24,000 nt of DNA from an uncultured Pluralibacter sp. (GTDB lineage: Bacteria; Pseudomonadota; Gammaproteobacteria; Enterobacterales; Enterobacteriaceae), in contig NZ_CAJYMB010000096.1 of NCBI RefSeq assembly GCF_913775985.1, positions 12,609-36,608 on the forward strand, read 5' to 3'. Positions 7,198 through 15,556 of this stretch are shown piece after piece. Both the position numbers and the translations under genes were made by a program. The notes beneath the pieces were generated by a model. It searched no databases. It saw only the letters and a program-made list of their open reading frames with translations, and had not been told where the DNA came from. Numbering within the stretch: the first letter of the stretch is position 1; each line of letters begins with the position of its first letter.

Positions 7198-8184
7198 ATG
7201 CTGATCCCACCGAATGAACAAAGCCTATTGCTGGCAGAGCGCTGGCTGAAACTGTTATCCGATCTCGGGCGGGCGCAGGGCACACTCACCGCCTACCGTA
7301 GCGCCCTTCATCATTACTTTTCGTTCTGCAGCGAGAACGGAATTGAACCTGAAAAAGCCCGGTTTGAAGACCTCGCCGCCTACATCCGCCCTCAGCTGCC
7401 TGGCATGCCTTACCCTGCGGCCAGTGCCACGCTCCAGCTGCGCCTGTCTGCTATCCGTCTCTGGTATGACTTTCTTGTTTATCAGGATATATGCAGTCTC
7501 AATCCGCTACCCCGCGCGGGTTTACCGGGTGCCATTTATACCGGGCGGGGGCTTGTCCCGCGTATCACCCGCTTACCTGTAATACCTGACAATGAACAAT
7601 GGCTGAGATTTCTTAAACATGTTTCAGCTGCTTCCCTGCGGGACCGGCTGATGCTCGCACTGGCCTATTTTGGTGCACTCCGCCGTGCAGAGGTGACAGC
7701 CCTGACGCTTGAGGATATCGACCCTGCTCATCGCCTGATCCGTATCCGCCCGGAAACAACGAAAAGCCGGCGTGAAAGGGTTGTGTGCTATGGTCCGGAC
7801 ATTACGCCGGTACTGGCAAACCTTTTCCGGCAGCTGAAGCGGGCTGGCCGGACACAGGGGGCGTTGTTCCGTTCATTTTCTGATCGTAATTACGGCACTC
7901 CTCTTTCTGTGTGGAGCTGGAGTAAAACCGTGCGCAGATGGGCTCTGGATACGGGGCTTCCACAGATTACAACCCACACCTTTCGCCATCTTCGCCTGAC
8001 CCATCTGGCTCGGGCCGGCTGGAAGCTGCATGAGCTGGCGACTTATGCTGGACACAGAGATCCGCGCACCACACAGATTTATATCCATCTGTCAGGGTCC
8101 GATCTGTCTGGCCGGATAACCGCAGCCGTAGCTGAAACCGACAGGAAAATCGCTGGCCTTATTTTTCAGGCGGGGGCTTACTGA
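7198..8184 (+). CDS. Tyrosine recombinase (XerC/D-like, small subunit of the pair)
   Basis: Catalytic motifs are present: ALRRAEV (Arg I), HTFRHLRLTH (H-x-x-R) and GHRDPRTTQIYIH (His...Tyr). ATG7198 has AGGAG 6 nt upstream, so I prefer it to TTG7177. Confidence 0.85.
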   Translation: MLIPPNEQSLLLAERWLKLLSDLGRAQGTLTAYRSALHHYFSFCSENGIEPEKARFEDLAAYIRPQLPGMPYPAASATLQLRLSAIRLWYDFLVYQDICSLNPLPRAGLPGAIYTGRGLVPRITRLPVIPDNEQWLRFLKHVSAASLRDRLMLALAYFGALRRAEVTALTLEDIDPAHRLIRIRPETTKSRRERVVCYGPDITPVLANLFRQLKRAGRTQGALFRSFSDRNYGTPLSVWSWSKTVRRWALDTGLPQITTHTFRHLRLTHLARAGWKLHELATYAGHRDPRTTQIYIHLSGSDLSGRITAAVAETDRKIAGLIFQAGAY

Positions 8185-10301
8185 TGAGTGGAAAAAAAAA
8201 CACAGTCACTTATATACCTTTCAAACGCACAGATTATCAGCTGAGCGATGCGCTGAGTCCTGAGGAAAAAGACGCGATACGTACAGGCTACCGGCGGTCT
8301 GCTGCGCTCGATCGGCCAGATTCCCTGCCATATTTGCTGCTGCCTCTGCAGGACATTGCCTCACGAAGCAGTATCAGTGTCAGACTTGCCAGAATTACCC
8401 TCCTTGCCGTTCTTGCAGAAACGCACCGGTCGGGTCAGCCCTGCTGGCAGTGGACGCAGGAAAGATGGTTAACGCTCTGTGAGCAACACTGTTCCGGCAG
8501 GCCCCTGCTTGCTGCTTTTGCCTTTCATCTCGGTCCGTTTTCTTCTCCGCTCAGCCTGCCAGTGCATGGCGCACCGTCGTTGTACGCCAGTGCTATATAT
8601 GGCCGGAGTATTGTCAGTCATGAAATTAACCGGCTGACAGACGTTCTGATCTCAATGGGATATGCCGGGCAGAATCAGAAGCACAATATGTCCGGTATGC
8701 TGGGTGTACTGATGCTGATGAACAACGACCCGCGTCTTGAAACTTTTACGACAGACCTCCTGTGGCGGGGGCAGAACTGCCACGACCGGGGAATCGCAAG
8801 AGCTACGGGGAAAATATCCTGTGCGCTTGCTGCTATGGGAATTATAGAGAGCCCCCTGAGAATGCGTAACTATCAGGAATGGCATGAAAAGCCAACACAA
8901 GGTATCGCACCTGACTGGGCGCGGTGGTGCCGGATGTGGCGGGAAACGTCGGTACTCCGCCCCCGCTCCAGAGAAACTCAGTACAGTTTTATTCTCCGCT
9001 GTGGCCTGTGGCTTGCCCGGGAAAAGCCGGAAATATGCGAGCCCTCTGACTGGACAATGGAAACCTGCGCCAGCTTTATTGCAATGGTCGGCAGACTGAA
9101 AGTAGACGAGCTGTCACTGGATACAAAGAAAGGGGGCAGACAATCAAAACGCTCAGGAGAACCCCTGATGCCGCATTCCCGCAGCCGGTTTGTTTATGCC
9201 ATTCGCCGTTTTATGCTTGATTATGAAAGCTGGGGATGGGGGCGATTAAAGTTCAGTCCGGCCCGCCATCTGTCCACGCCTGATACACCGCTGTTTCGTC
9301 AGGGCGTGAGCCCCCGCGTTATTGATGATCCGGTCTGGCTCAGACTGGTCTGGGCGAGTCTGAACCTGCGTCAGGAAGATTTGCTGAGCGAAATTCATTA
9401 TCCCCTGTCTATGCTTCAGGCTATGGCGGTTATCTGGACGCATGCCGGGCTGCGACAGAACGAGCTGTTGCGCCTGACAATGAACTGCGTTACCCCACAG
9501 GTGGATGACATTCTGCAGGAAAACAGCAGCCCTGTCCCGGCCGGTACTCTGTGCTATCTCAGCGTACCAGCCGGCAAAACGTCTAAAGCTTTTGTTAAGC
9601 CAGTCTCGTCTGTTGTGAAAAAATATGTCGATATCTGGCTCAGTGAGCGTCCTCAGGAGCAGGCAGCATTTACGGATGAACGCACCGGTGAAAAAGTTCG
9701 TTATCTGTTTCAGAACCGGGGTAAACCGGTGGGAAGAAACATAATAAATCTCACTGTCATTCCGCTTCTCTGCGCCAGAGCGGGTATGTCTGTGGAAGAT
9801 TCACGCGGTCCCATTACCAGCCACCGCGGCCGTGCTTCTGCCGTTACAGCACTGGCCAGTGTTGCCGGGGGGATGTCTTTACATGAGCTGATGCAGTGGT
9901 CCGGCCATTCATCCCCACAGTCAACCCTGCATTATATTCGTATACGTCCGACTCAGCTGGCCGCTTCGTTCGTCAAAGCCGACAGGGTCTCTCATATGAT
10001 AAGCGTGCTGATTGACCACGATCCGGAAGCCGCCAGTCTGACCGGACCCGCGACGTACTATGATCTGGGTGACTCATACTGCACGAACCCTTTCTGGAGC
10101 AGCTGTCAGCACCGGATGGCCTGCATCGGCTGCGATTTTAACCTGCTTAAAGACAGCGCGCGCGGGCTGATAATGGAGAGTAAAGCATCCATCCGGCGTT
10201 ACCTTGAAGAGGTTCCGCTCACTCCCGATGAGAGATCCATACTGGAGCAGGATGCTGAAAAGGTTGAGCGGGTTCTTACAAGACTGGATCCACAATCCTG
10301 A
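8184..10301 (+). CDS. Large tyrosine recombinase (705 aa, Tn554 TnpB-like size class)
   Basis: The start overlaps the upstream stop (TGATG). Motifs are GLRQNELLRL, SHRGRASAVT and GHSSPQSTLHYIR. There is a long N-terminal extension and a Cys-rich C-terminal tail. Confidence 0.8.
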   Translation: MSGKKNTVTYIPFKRTDYQLSDALSPEEKDAIRTGYRRSAALDRPDSLPYLLLPLQDIASRSSISVRLARITLLAVLAETHRSGQPCWQWTQERWLTLCEQHCSGRPLLAAFAFHLGPFSSPLSLPVHGAPSLYASAIYGRSIVSHEINRLTDVLISMGYAGQNQKHNMSGMLGVLMLMNNDPRLETFTTDLLWRGQNCHDRGIARATGKISCALAAMGIIESPLRMRNYQEWHEKPTQGIAPDWARWCRMWRETSVLRPRSRETQYSFILRCGLWLAREKPEICEPSDWTMETCASFIAMVGRLKVDELSLDTKKGGRQSKRSGEPLMPHSRSRFVYAIRRFMLDYESWGWGRLKFSPARHLSTPDTPLFRQGVSPRVIDDPVWLRLVWASLNLRQEDLLSEIHYPLSMLQAMAVIWTHAGLRQNELLRLTMNCVTPQVDDILQENSSPVPAGTLCYLSVPAGKTSKAFVKPVSSVVKKYVDIWLSERPQEQAAFTDERTGEKVRYLFQNRGKPVGRNIINLTVIPLLCARAGMSVEDSRGPITSHRGRASAVTALASVAGGMSLHELMQWSGHSSPQSTLHYIRIRPTQLAASFVKADRVSHMISVLIDHDPEAASLTGPATYYDLGDSYCTNPFWSSCQHRMACIGCDFNLLKDSARGLIMESKASIRRYLEEVPLTPDERSILEQDAEKVERVLTRLDPQS

Positions 10302-10414
10302 CGGATCAGATGCTTACAATGTCCGGCCTGAGGGTGTCAGCGCAGAGTCAGTACAGACGACCGAACGTCGTATCTGATATAAATCTGATTATAGCGGGCG
10401 TGATGCCGTAACTG

Positions 10415-10828
10415 ATGGAGCCGCAGATGAGAAAACAGAAGCGATGTATGGGGTATGTGGCTGTTGTGGTCGATGACTACGATCGTGCAATTGAGTATTA
10501 CACCGATAAGCTGGGCTTTACCCTGATTGAGGACACGCCGCAGCCGGGTAAGCGCTGGGTCGTGGTGACGCCGGACCCTGACAGCGACTGTGCTATTCTT
10601 CTTGCCCGCGCGTCGAACGATCGGCAGGAAGGCTTTATCGGCAATCAGTGCGGCGGACGGGTTTTTCTGTTCCTGCAGACCGACAACTTCTGGCGCGACT
10701 ACAATGCTATGAAGGCAAAAGGCGTCCACTTCTGTCAGGAGCCGCGGGAGGAAGAATACGGAATGGTTGTCGTGTTTGAGGACATCTATGGCAATCGCTG
10801 GGACCTTTACCAGAACAGACAGACCTGA
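10415..10828 (+). CDS. VOC-family (glyoxalase/bleomycin-resistance fold) protein
   Basis: GYVAVVVDDYDRAIEYYTDKLGF...GGRVFLFLQTDNFWRDY...EYGMVVVFEDIYGNRWDL is typical of the VOC fold. The true start may be ATG10427 or ATG10448. Confidence 0.7.
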   Translation: MEPQMRKQKRCMGYVAVVVDDYDRAIEYYTDKLGFTLIEDTPQPGKRWVVVTPDPDSDCAILLARASNDRQEGFIGNQCGGRVFLFLQTDNFWRDYNAMKAKGVHFCQEPREEEYGMVVVFEDIYGNRWDLYQNRQT

Positions 10829-10933
10829 AACTCTGTCACGACAGTGCCCCGGATTTACGAGAAGCATTACAGGCGTAAACCCTGTCGGGTCAGGCCCGCA
10901 GAGAGCGCTTCTGAACAATATACTGAACTGTCT

Positions 10934-10965
10934 GACCTCAGTGCAGCGGTCGCTGCACTGAGGTC
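10934..10965. terminator. Perfect 15-bp palindrome between convergent VOC and crcB genes (candidate bidirectional terminator or protein-binding site)
   Basis: GACCTCAGTGCAGCG, then gt, then CGCTGCACTGAGGTC. There is no clear U-tract on either strand. Confidence 0.45.
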
Positions 10966-10995
10966 TCGCCTGGATTAAAGGCCGTACGGTCCGGG

Positions 10996-11376
10996 TTAAC
11001 CACACAGCGTCATGATATAAAATCCGGCCGCCGTCATGGCCAGCGAACCCAGCACGTGTATCAGCACCGAGGCGGCTGCCCAGGCATAGCTGCCTGACTG
11101 CAGCAGGGCAAAAACCTCAGCTGAAAATGTGGAGAAGGTCGTCATTCCTCCACACAGCCCGGTGGTAATGAGCAGCCGCCAGGCCGGATCGAGGCCGGGA
11201 TGGCGCAGAAAATACGCCAGGGCCGCCCCGATGATAAATCCACCCAGCAGGTTGACCAGCAGCGTCCCCGGCGGCAGGTCCGGAAAAAGCGCATTCAGGC
11301 GCGCGCCCAGCTGCCAGCGGATAACACACCCTAAAGCACCGCCGGTGATGACGGCAAAAAGCTGATTCACGTTCAC
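10996..11376 (-). CDS. crcB: Fluoride ion channel CrcB/FluC
   Basis: Colinear with E. coli CrcB (LFAVITGGALGCVIRW, GTLLVNLLGGFIIG, TTGLCGGMTTFSTFSAE). GTG11376 overlaps the gpmA stop (GTGA). GTG11370 is 5 nt after AAGGAG and is an equally good start. Confidence 0.9.
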   Translation of the reverse strand: MNVNQLFAVITGGALGCVIRWQLGARLNALFPDLPPGTLLVNLLGGFIIGAALAYFLRHPGLDPAWRLLITTGLCGGMTTFSTFSAEVFALLQSGSYAWAAASVLIHVLGSLAMTAAGFYIMTLCG

Positions 11377-12086
11377 TCCTTTTTTTTAATATTCAGAACA
11401 TCACGGGACACGACCTGGGCGGCCGCATCCATCTGATATACGACCGGCACGCCGGTCGGGATGTGCAGCTGTGCCACGCTGTCGTAAGGCATGCCGTCCA
11501 GGAAGGCGGTCAGGGCGCGCAGCGTGTTGCCGTGCGCCACAACCAGAACGGAACTTCCGCAGCGTAACTGCGGTACCACAGCATGCTGCCAGTACGGCAT
11601 GACGCGGCGCAGCGTCATTTCCAGGCTTTCCGTTGCAGGCAGGTCGGCCAGCGCAACGCGGCGGTAGCGCAGATCCCGACGCAGCTGCGCCGGAGCCTCC
11701 GCGTCCGCGGGCGGAATGCCGCTGAAGCTTTTGCGCCAGAGCCGGACAGTCTCTTCCCCCATTATCCGGGCAGCGTCGTCCTTGTTCAGCCCCTGCAGCG
11801 CCCCGTAGTGGCGCTCATTCAGTCGCCAGCTCTTTTCCACGGGCGTCCAGCTGCGGTCAAGACGGTCCAGCACCCGCCAGACCGTGTGAACGCAGCGTGT
11901 CATCACCGAGGTGAAGACACGGTCGGGCATCAGGCCCGCTGCCCGCAACGCGTCACCGGCCCGGTCGGCCTCCTGCCGCCCCCTGACCGTCAGCGGCACG
12001 TCTGTCCATCCGGTAAAACGGTTTTCCCGGTTCCACTGGCTTTCGCCGTGACGCAAAAGGATCAGCGTTGCAGAGGCCACAGGCAT
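11373..12086 (-). CDS. gpmA: 2,3-bisphosphoglycerate-dependent phosphoglycerate mutase family protein
   Basis: Carries the LILLRHGESQWNRENRFTGWTDVPLT histidine-phosphatase signature, plus ERHYGALQG and VVAHGNTLRAL. I placed the start at ATG12086 because the longer ORF-track form overlaps eno. Confidence 0.85.
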   Translation of the reverse strand: MPVASATLILLRHGESQWNRENRFTGWTDVPLTVRGRQEADRAGDALRAAGLMPDRVFTSVMTRCVHTVWRVLDRLDRSWTPVEKSWRLNERHYGALQGLNKDDAARIMGEETVRLWRKSFSGIPPADAEAPAQLRRDLRYRRVALADLPATESLEMTLRRVMPYWQHAVVPQLRCGSSVLVVAHGNTLRALTAFLDGMPYDSVAQLHIPTGVPVVYQMDAAAQVVSRDVLNIKKKE

Positions 12087-12123
12087 TCCTTCTGTGCCGG
12101 ACGGGGACCGTCCGGCGGATGTG

Positions 12124-13413
12124 CTACGTGCGGCGCACAAACGCATGAAGCCCCGCGTAGTGCGCATCGTCACCCAGCGCCTGCTCAATGCGCATCAGCT
12201 GGTTGTACTTTTCCACGCGTTCGCCGCGGCACGGCGCGCCGGTTTTCAGGTGTCCCGCGCGCAGGGCCACCGTCAGGTCGGCAAGGAACGTGTCCGTGGT
12301 TTCCCCGCTGCGGTGGGACATGAACGCGCCCCAGCCGTGCCGCTGGCAGAGCGCCACGGCGTCCAGCGTTTCGCTGAGCGAGCCTATCTGATTGAGTTTA
12401 ATCAGTGCGGCGCTGGCGAGGTTTTCGTCAATGCCGCGCTGGATATACTTCACGTTGGTGACAAACAGGTCGTCACCAACCAGTTCGGCCCTGCCCGCAA
12501 GCTGCCGGTGCAAATGCTTCCAGCCCGCCCAGTCGTCCTCGGCCAGGCCGTCTTCCAGCAGGATGACGGGAAACTGGTCCATCAGCTCGCCGTAGTATGC
12601 CGTCATTTCCGCCGCGCTCAGCGCGCTGCCCTCGGTGCGCAGATGATATTTGCCGTCTGCGAAAAACTCACTTGAGGCAGGGTCCATGCAGATGCTGATG
12701 TCTTCTCCGGGCCGGTATCCGGCTTTCTCAATGGCCTGTACGATAAACGCCAGCGGGTCGCGGTTTGACGACACGGCGGGCGCAAAACCGCCTTCGTCGC
12801 CCACTGCCGCCGACAGGTTGTTGTCCAGCAGGATCTGGCGCAGCGCCTGGTAGACCTCGCTGCCCTGACGTACGGCCTCGCGCAGCGTGGGTGCGCCGTG
12901 CGGGGCTATCATGAACTCCTGAAAGTCCGCGCCCTGACCGCGGGCGTGCACGCCGCCGTTGATAATGTTCATGCACGGCACGGGCAGCAGGTTCGCCTGC
13001 AGGCCACCCAGGTAGCGCCACAGCGGCTCGTGGGAGGCCTGTGCCGCCAGCCGGGCCACCGCCAGCGACACGCCCAGAATGGCATTGGCACCCAGGCGAC
13101 TCTTGTTCTCCGTGCCGTCCAGCGCCAGCATGATGTTGTCCAGCTGACGCTGTTCGCGCACGTCGCTGCCGCGCACGGCCTGGCAGATTTCCGTATTAAC
13201 CGCCCTGACGGCATCCAGCACGCCTTTACCGCCAAAACGGTGTGCGTCACCGTCGCGGCGCTCTGCGGCCTCGCGCGAGCCGGTACTGGCCCCGGAAGGC
13301 ACCGAGGCGCGCGCCATCATCCCGTCCGTAGTCCGGGCTTCAACTTCAACGGTGGGGTTGCCGCGCGAGTCAAGAATTTCACGGGCGGTTACGTTATCCA
13401 GTGTAAAGCGCAT
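12124..13413 (-). CDS. eno: Enolase (extra, island-borne copy)
   Basis: AREILDSRGNPTVEVE, SVPSGASTGSREA, DVAASEF-like, LLLKLNQIGSL-like and SHRSGETTDTFLADL motifs are colinear with bacterial enolase. Confidence 0.92.
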   Translation of the reverse strand: MRFTLDNVTAREILDSRGNPTVEVEARTTDGMMARASVPSGASTGSREAAERRDGDAHRFGGKGVLDAVRAVNTEICQAVRGSDVREQRQLDNIMLALDGTENKSRLGANAILGVSLAVARLAAQASHEPLWRYLGGLQANLLPVPCMNIINGGVHARGQGADFQEFMIAPHGAPTLREAVRQGSEVYQALRQILLDNNLSAAVGDEGGFAPAVSSNRDPLAFIVQAIEKAGYRPGEDISICMDPASSEFFADGKYHLRTEGSALSAAEMTAYYGELMDQFPVILLEDGLAEDDWAGWKHLHRQLAGRAELVGDDLFVTNVKYIQRGIDENLASAALIKLNQIGSLSETLDAVALCQRHGWGAFMSHRSGETTDTFLADLTVALRAGHLKTGAPCRGERVEKYNQLMRIEQALGDDAHYAGLHAFVRRT

Positions 13414-13428
13414 GGTGTTTCTCCCGGT

Positions 13429-13854
13429 TCAGTCAGTCAGGTGAGTGATAAGCACATCCACCGTAAGGTGGTTGATGTAGTCCGCCGAGCGGGAGGTGAG
13501 CATTCCCATAAAGCGGTTTCGGTGCCCGGCAAGCACGAGGTCCACGCCCAGCTCCGCGATGCACTTCTCCACGTCCTCAACGCGGCGCATGGTCACCAGC
13601 TCCCGCGTGTCTACCGTCTCAGGCACGGAGGCCGCCAGCTCACTCATAAACGCTTTGCCTTTCAGCACCTCCTCCGACACGACGTCGTCCATCAGGCTGT
13701 CAGACACGTAGTTCATCTCCCGGTAGTCGTCGCTGATGTGCGCCAGGGTGATTTTCATGCCGAGCGGCTGCGCCAGCGCGACCGCCCGTTTCAGCAGAAG
13801 AGTGCCGTCGTTTTTATCGTTCACAAGTATCAGTGCGTGGGTGTAGCAGGTCAT
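13429..13854 (-). CDS. Universal stress protein (UspA family)
   Basis: 141 aa. ILVNDKNDGTLLLKRAVALA...VDLVLAGHRN...SRSADYINHLTVDVLI is typical of the USP fold. The ATG overlaps the ppaC stop. Confidence 0.8.
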   Translation of the reverse strand: MTCYTHALILVNDKNDGTLLLKRAVALAQPLGMKITLAHISDDYREMNYVSDSLMDDVVSEEVLKGKAFMSELAASVPETVDTRELVTMRRVEDVEKCIAELGVDLVLAGHRNRFMGMLTSRSADYINHLTVDVLITHLTD

Positions 13855-14759
13855 AATGAACCTCCGTTCTGGTTAAGGCGGGACTCAAGCCACGGCAGAA
13901 GCTGCTTTTTGCGGCTGAGCATGCCCGGTACGGAGCAGGAGGCGACGTTAACGCTCTCCCGCCCGGCGAAGTAAAGCGTTGAGAACCCGGTACGAATGTC
14001 GGTCAGCATCAGCACCGCCAGGCCAGCTCCCGACTGGTCTGCCAGATACGCCAGTGCTGCGAGCAGGTCGTTCATCACGGGGGCAACCTGTGACGGTGAG
14101 CTGACCTCAATCTGGGCTATGCGCACGTCGGTGCCGGCAATGACGAAGGCCTTGAGGTCCCTGTCCAGCAGCTGCTGTGCGCTGAGGCCGCTGACGTCTG
14201 TTTTTGCGGTGAGGAGGTCACGGGCGAAGGCTCTGCGGTTTACGCCAGACAGTGCGCCCAGTTCGGTCGCCGAACGGATATCGTCTTCGGTGGTGGTCGG
14301 CGAGCGAAGATTCACGGTATCACTCAGGAGTGCGCCCAGCAGAAGCACGGCGAGCGTCGGGGGCAGCATGCGGCGCGCTTCTGCGTCCATCAGCAGCCAG
14401 AGCAGCGTGGCGCTGCTGCCAACCGGGCGAATATGTACCTCCGGCGGCAGTTGCGTTATCAGCCCGCCCAGCCGGTGGTGGTCAGTGATGCCCACGACGT
14501 TGCTCCGGAGCAGGTCGTCAGGCCCCTGTGCCGGTTCGGTGAAATCGACCAGCCAGACCCGTTCATCCTTTAGCGGAAAAGCGAGCAGCGGCGGCAGCGT
14601 GAGGCCGGCGGCGTCAAAGATAAAGCGGGTTTCCCGGTTAGCCTCGCCGAGACGCCATGCGCGGGCATCCATTCCGCGCCCGGTCAGCCAGTGTGCGGTG
14701 ACGACGGTCGTGCAGATGGCGTCGCTGTCAGGATTAATGTGGCCAAAAACGTGTATCAC
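13851..14759 (-). CDS. ppaC: Family II (DHH/DHHA2, Mn-dependent) inorganic pyrophosphatase
   Basis: HVFGHINPDSDAI, ITDHHR, PVGSSATL, LLSDTVNLRSPTTT and SRKKQLLPWL are colinear with PpaC. The start is GTG14759, preceded by GGGGAGAGA. Confidence 0.88.
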   Translation of the reverse strand: MIHVFGHINPDSDAICTTVVTAHWLTGRGMDARAWRLGEANRETRFIFDAAGLTLPPLLAFPLKDERVWLVDFTEPAQGPDDLLRSNVVGITDHHRLGGLITQLPPEVHIRPVGSSATLLWLLMDAEARRMLPPTLAVLLLGALLSDTVNLRSPTTTEDDIRSATELGALSGVNRRAFARDLLTAKTDVSGLSAQQLLDRDLKAFVIAGTDVRIAQIEVSSPSQVAPVMNDLLAALAYLADQSGAGLAVLMLTDIRTGFSTLYFAGRESVNVASCSVPGMLSRKKQLLPWLESRLNQNGGSL

Positions 14760-14841
14760 AGGTCTCTCCCCATAGAGGGAAGTACGCAGGCCGGGAGGAA
14801 AGTAAGGACGGCCTGACGCACCTCCTGAAAATCAAGAGTCA

Positions 14842-14901
14842 CATCAGGCGTCATCAGCTCCTGAACGGAGCGGTTGGGAAGGGTGGAACGCCATCACCCT
14901 G
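14842..14901 (-). promoter_or_regulatory. Fluoride riboswitch (crcB RNA motif) in the ppaC operon leader
   Basis: The minus strand reads AGGGUGAUGGCGUUCCACCCUUCCCAACCGCUCCGUUCAGGAGCUGAUGACGCCUGAUG. P1 is GGGUG/CACCC, P3 is GCUCC/GGAGC, and the pseudoknot is GGCGU/ACGCC. The conserved GAUGG, AACCGC and CUGAUGA elements sit as in the Thermotoga aptamer GGGCGAUGAGGCCCGCCCAAACUGCCCUGAAAAGGGCUGAUGGCCUC. Confidence 0.9.
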
Positions 14902-14908
14902 TACTGTG

Positions 14909-14937
14909 AGTATAGAGCCGGTTGCAAAACCTGTCAG
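14909..14937 (-). promoter_or_regulatory. Sigma70 promoter of the fluoride operon
   Basis: On the minus strand: CTGACA, 17-nt spacer, TATACT. This predicts a transcription start near 14902, immediately 5' of the riboswitch. Confidence 0.7.
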
Positions 14938-14956
14938 TATTATTCCGGCGGCGCTC

Positions 14957-15556
14957 TCAGCCCGCCAGCGCAGTGCGTGCCTCGCGGAGCACCTGGCGGA
15001 TGTTTTCCGGCACTGCCGGGCTTGTGCAAAGCGACAGCGGGCTGGGGTGAGGCATAGTCAGCACCGTGACGCCGGGGCGAAGGCAGCTGACCGTCCCGCG
15101 GGCCTGCGCCGCTACGGCACCGGCCAGCACCACCACGCGCAGCGCGGGCAGATACGCCAGCACGCCCTCAAGCCAGGCGCAGCCGCTGCGGATGTCCGCC
15201 GCTGAGGGCCGTTTCTGCGGCCCGTCACTGACCCAGGGCACCGTATTCCACAGCACGCTGTCCCGGCGCGCAATACCGGCCTCCGCCAGAAACCGCCCCA
15301 GATTCTGCTGGGCCGGCCCCGGGTTATCTCGCGAAACGAACCGGGGTGACGGGCTGCTGCGCGCCGGCGACTGCAGCAGGACAAGCAGTCCGGCCCCGGT
15401 CCCGCCGTCGGCCGGATCAAACCACGGCAGTTCCACGCCGGCCTGACGCTGCCCGCTGACCCAGCGATTCAGCGCGGCTACGTGCGGCGCGGTAATCGCC
15501 GCGAGGCGCTCCTCGCGCAGAAAGGGGTCCAGCAGCGACGTGCAGGTTTCACTCAC
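14957..15556 (-). CDS. Uracil-DNA-glycosylase-superfamily-like protein
   Basis: About 199 aa from GTG15556, which overlaps the upstream TGA (GTGA). It has an alternating beta-strand/helix pattern (LLVLLQSP, VLWNTVPW, VVVLAGAVA) and a C-terminal MPHPSPLS motif like the HPSP motif of family 4/5 UDGs. The ORF-track N-terminal extension overlaps the transporter gene and is unlikely to be real. Confidence 0.45.
   Translation of the reverse strand: MSETCTSLLDPFLREERLAAITAPHVAALNRWVSGQRQAGVELPWFDPADGGTGAGLLVLLQSPARSSPSPRFVSRDNPGPAQQNLGRFLAEAGIARRDSVLWNTVPWVSDGPQKRPSAADIRSGCAWLEGVLAYLPALRVVVLAGAVAAQARGTVSCLRPGVTVLTMPHPSPLSLCTSPAVPENIRQVLREARTALAG

Noticed and set aside
12087-12188. N-terminal extensions in the ORF track for gpmA (to 12188), the UDG-like gene (to 15646), umuD (2194), the small recombinase (7177) and the NTF2-like gene (6787).
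   Set aside because: The extensions overlap upstream genes or lack an RBS. Internal starts align with the conserved N-termini of the families and have better Shine-Dalgarno spacing.
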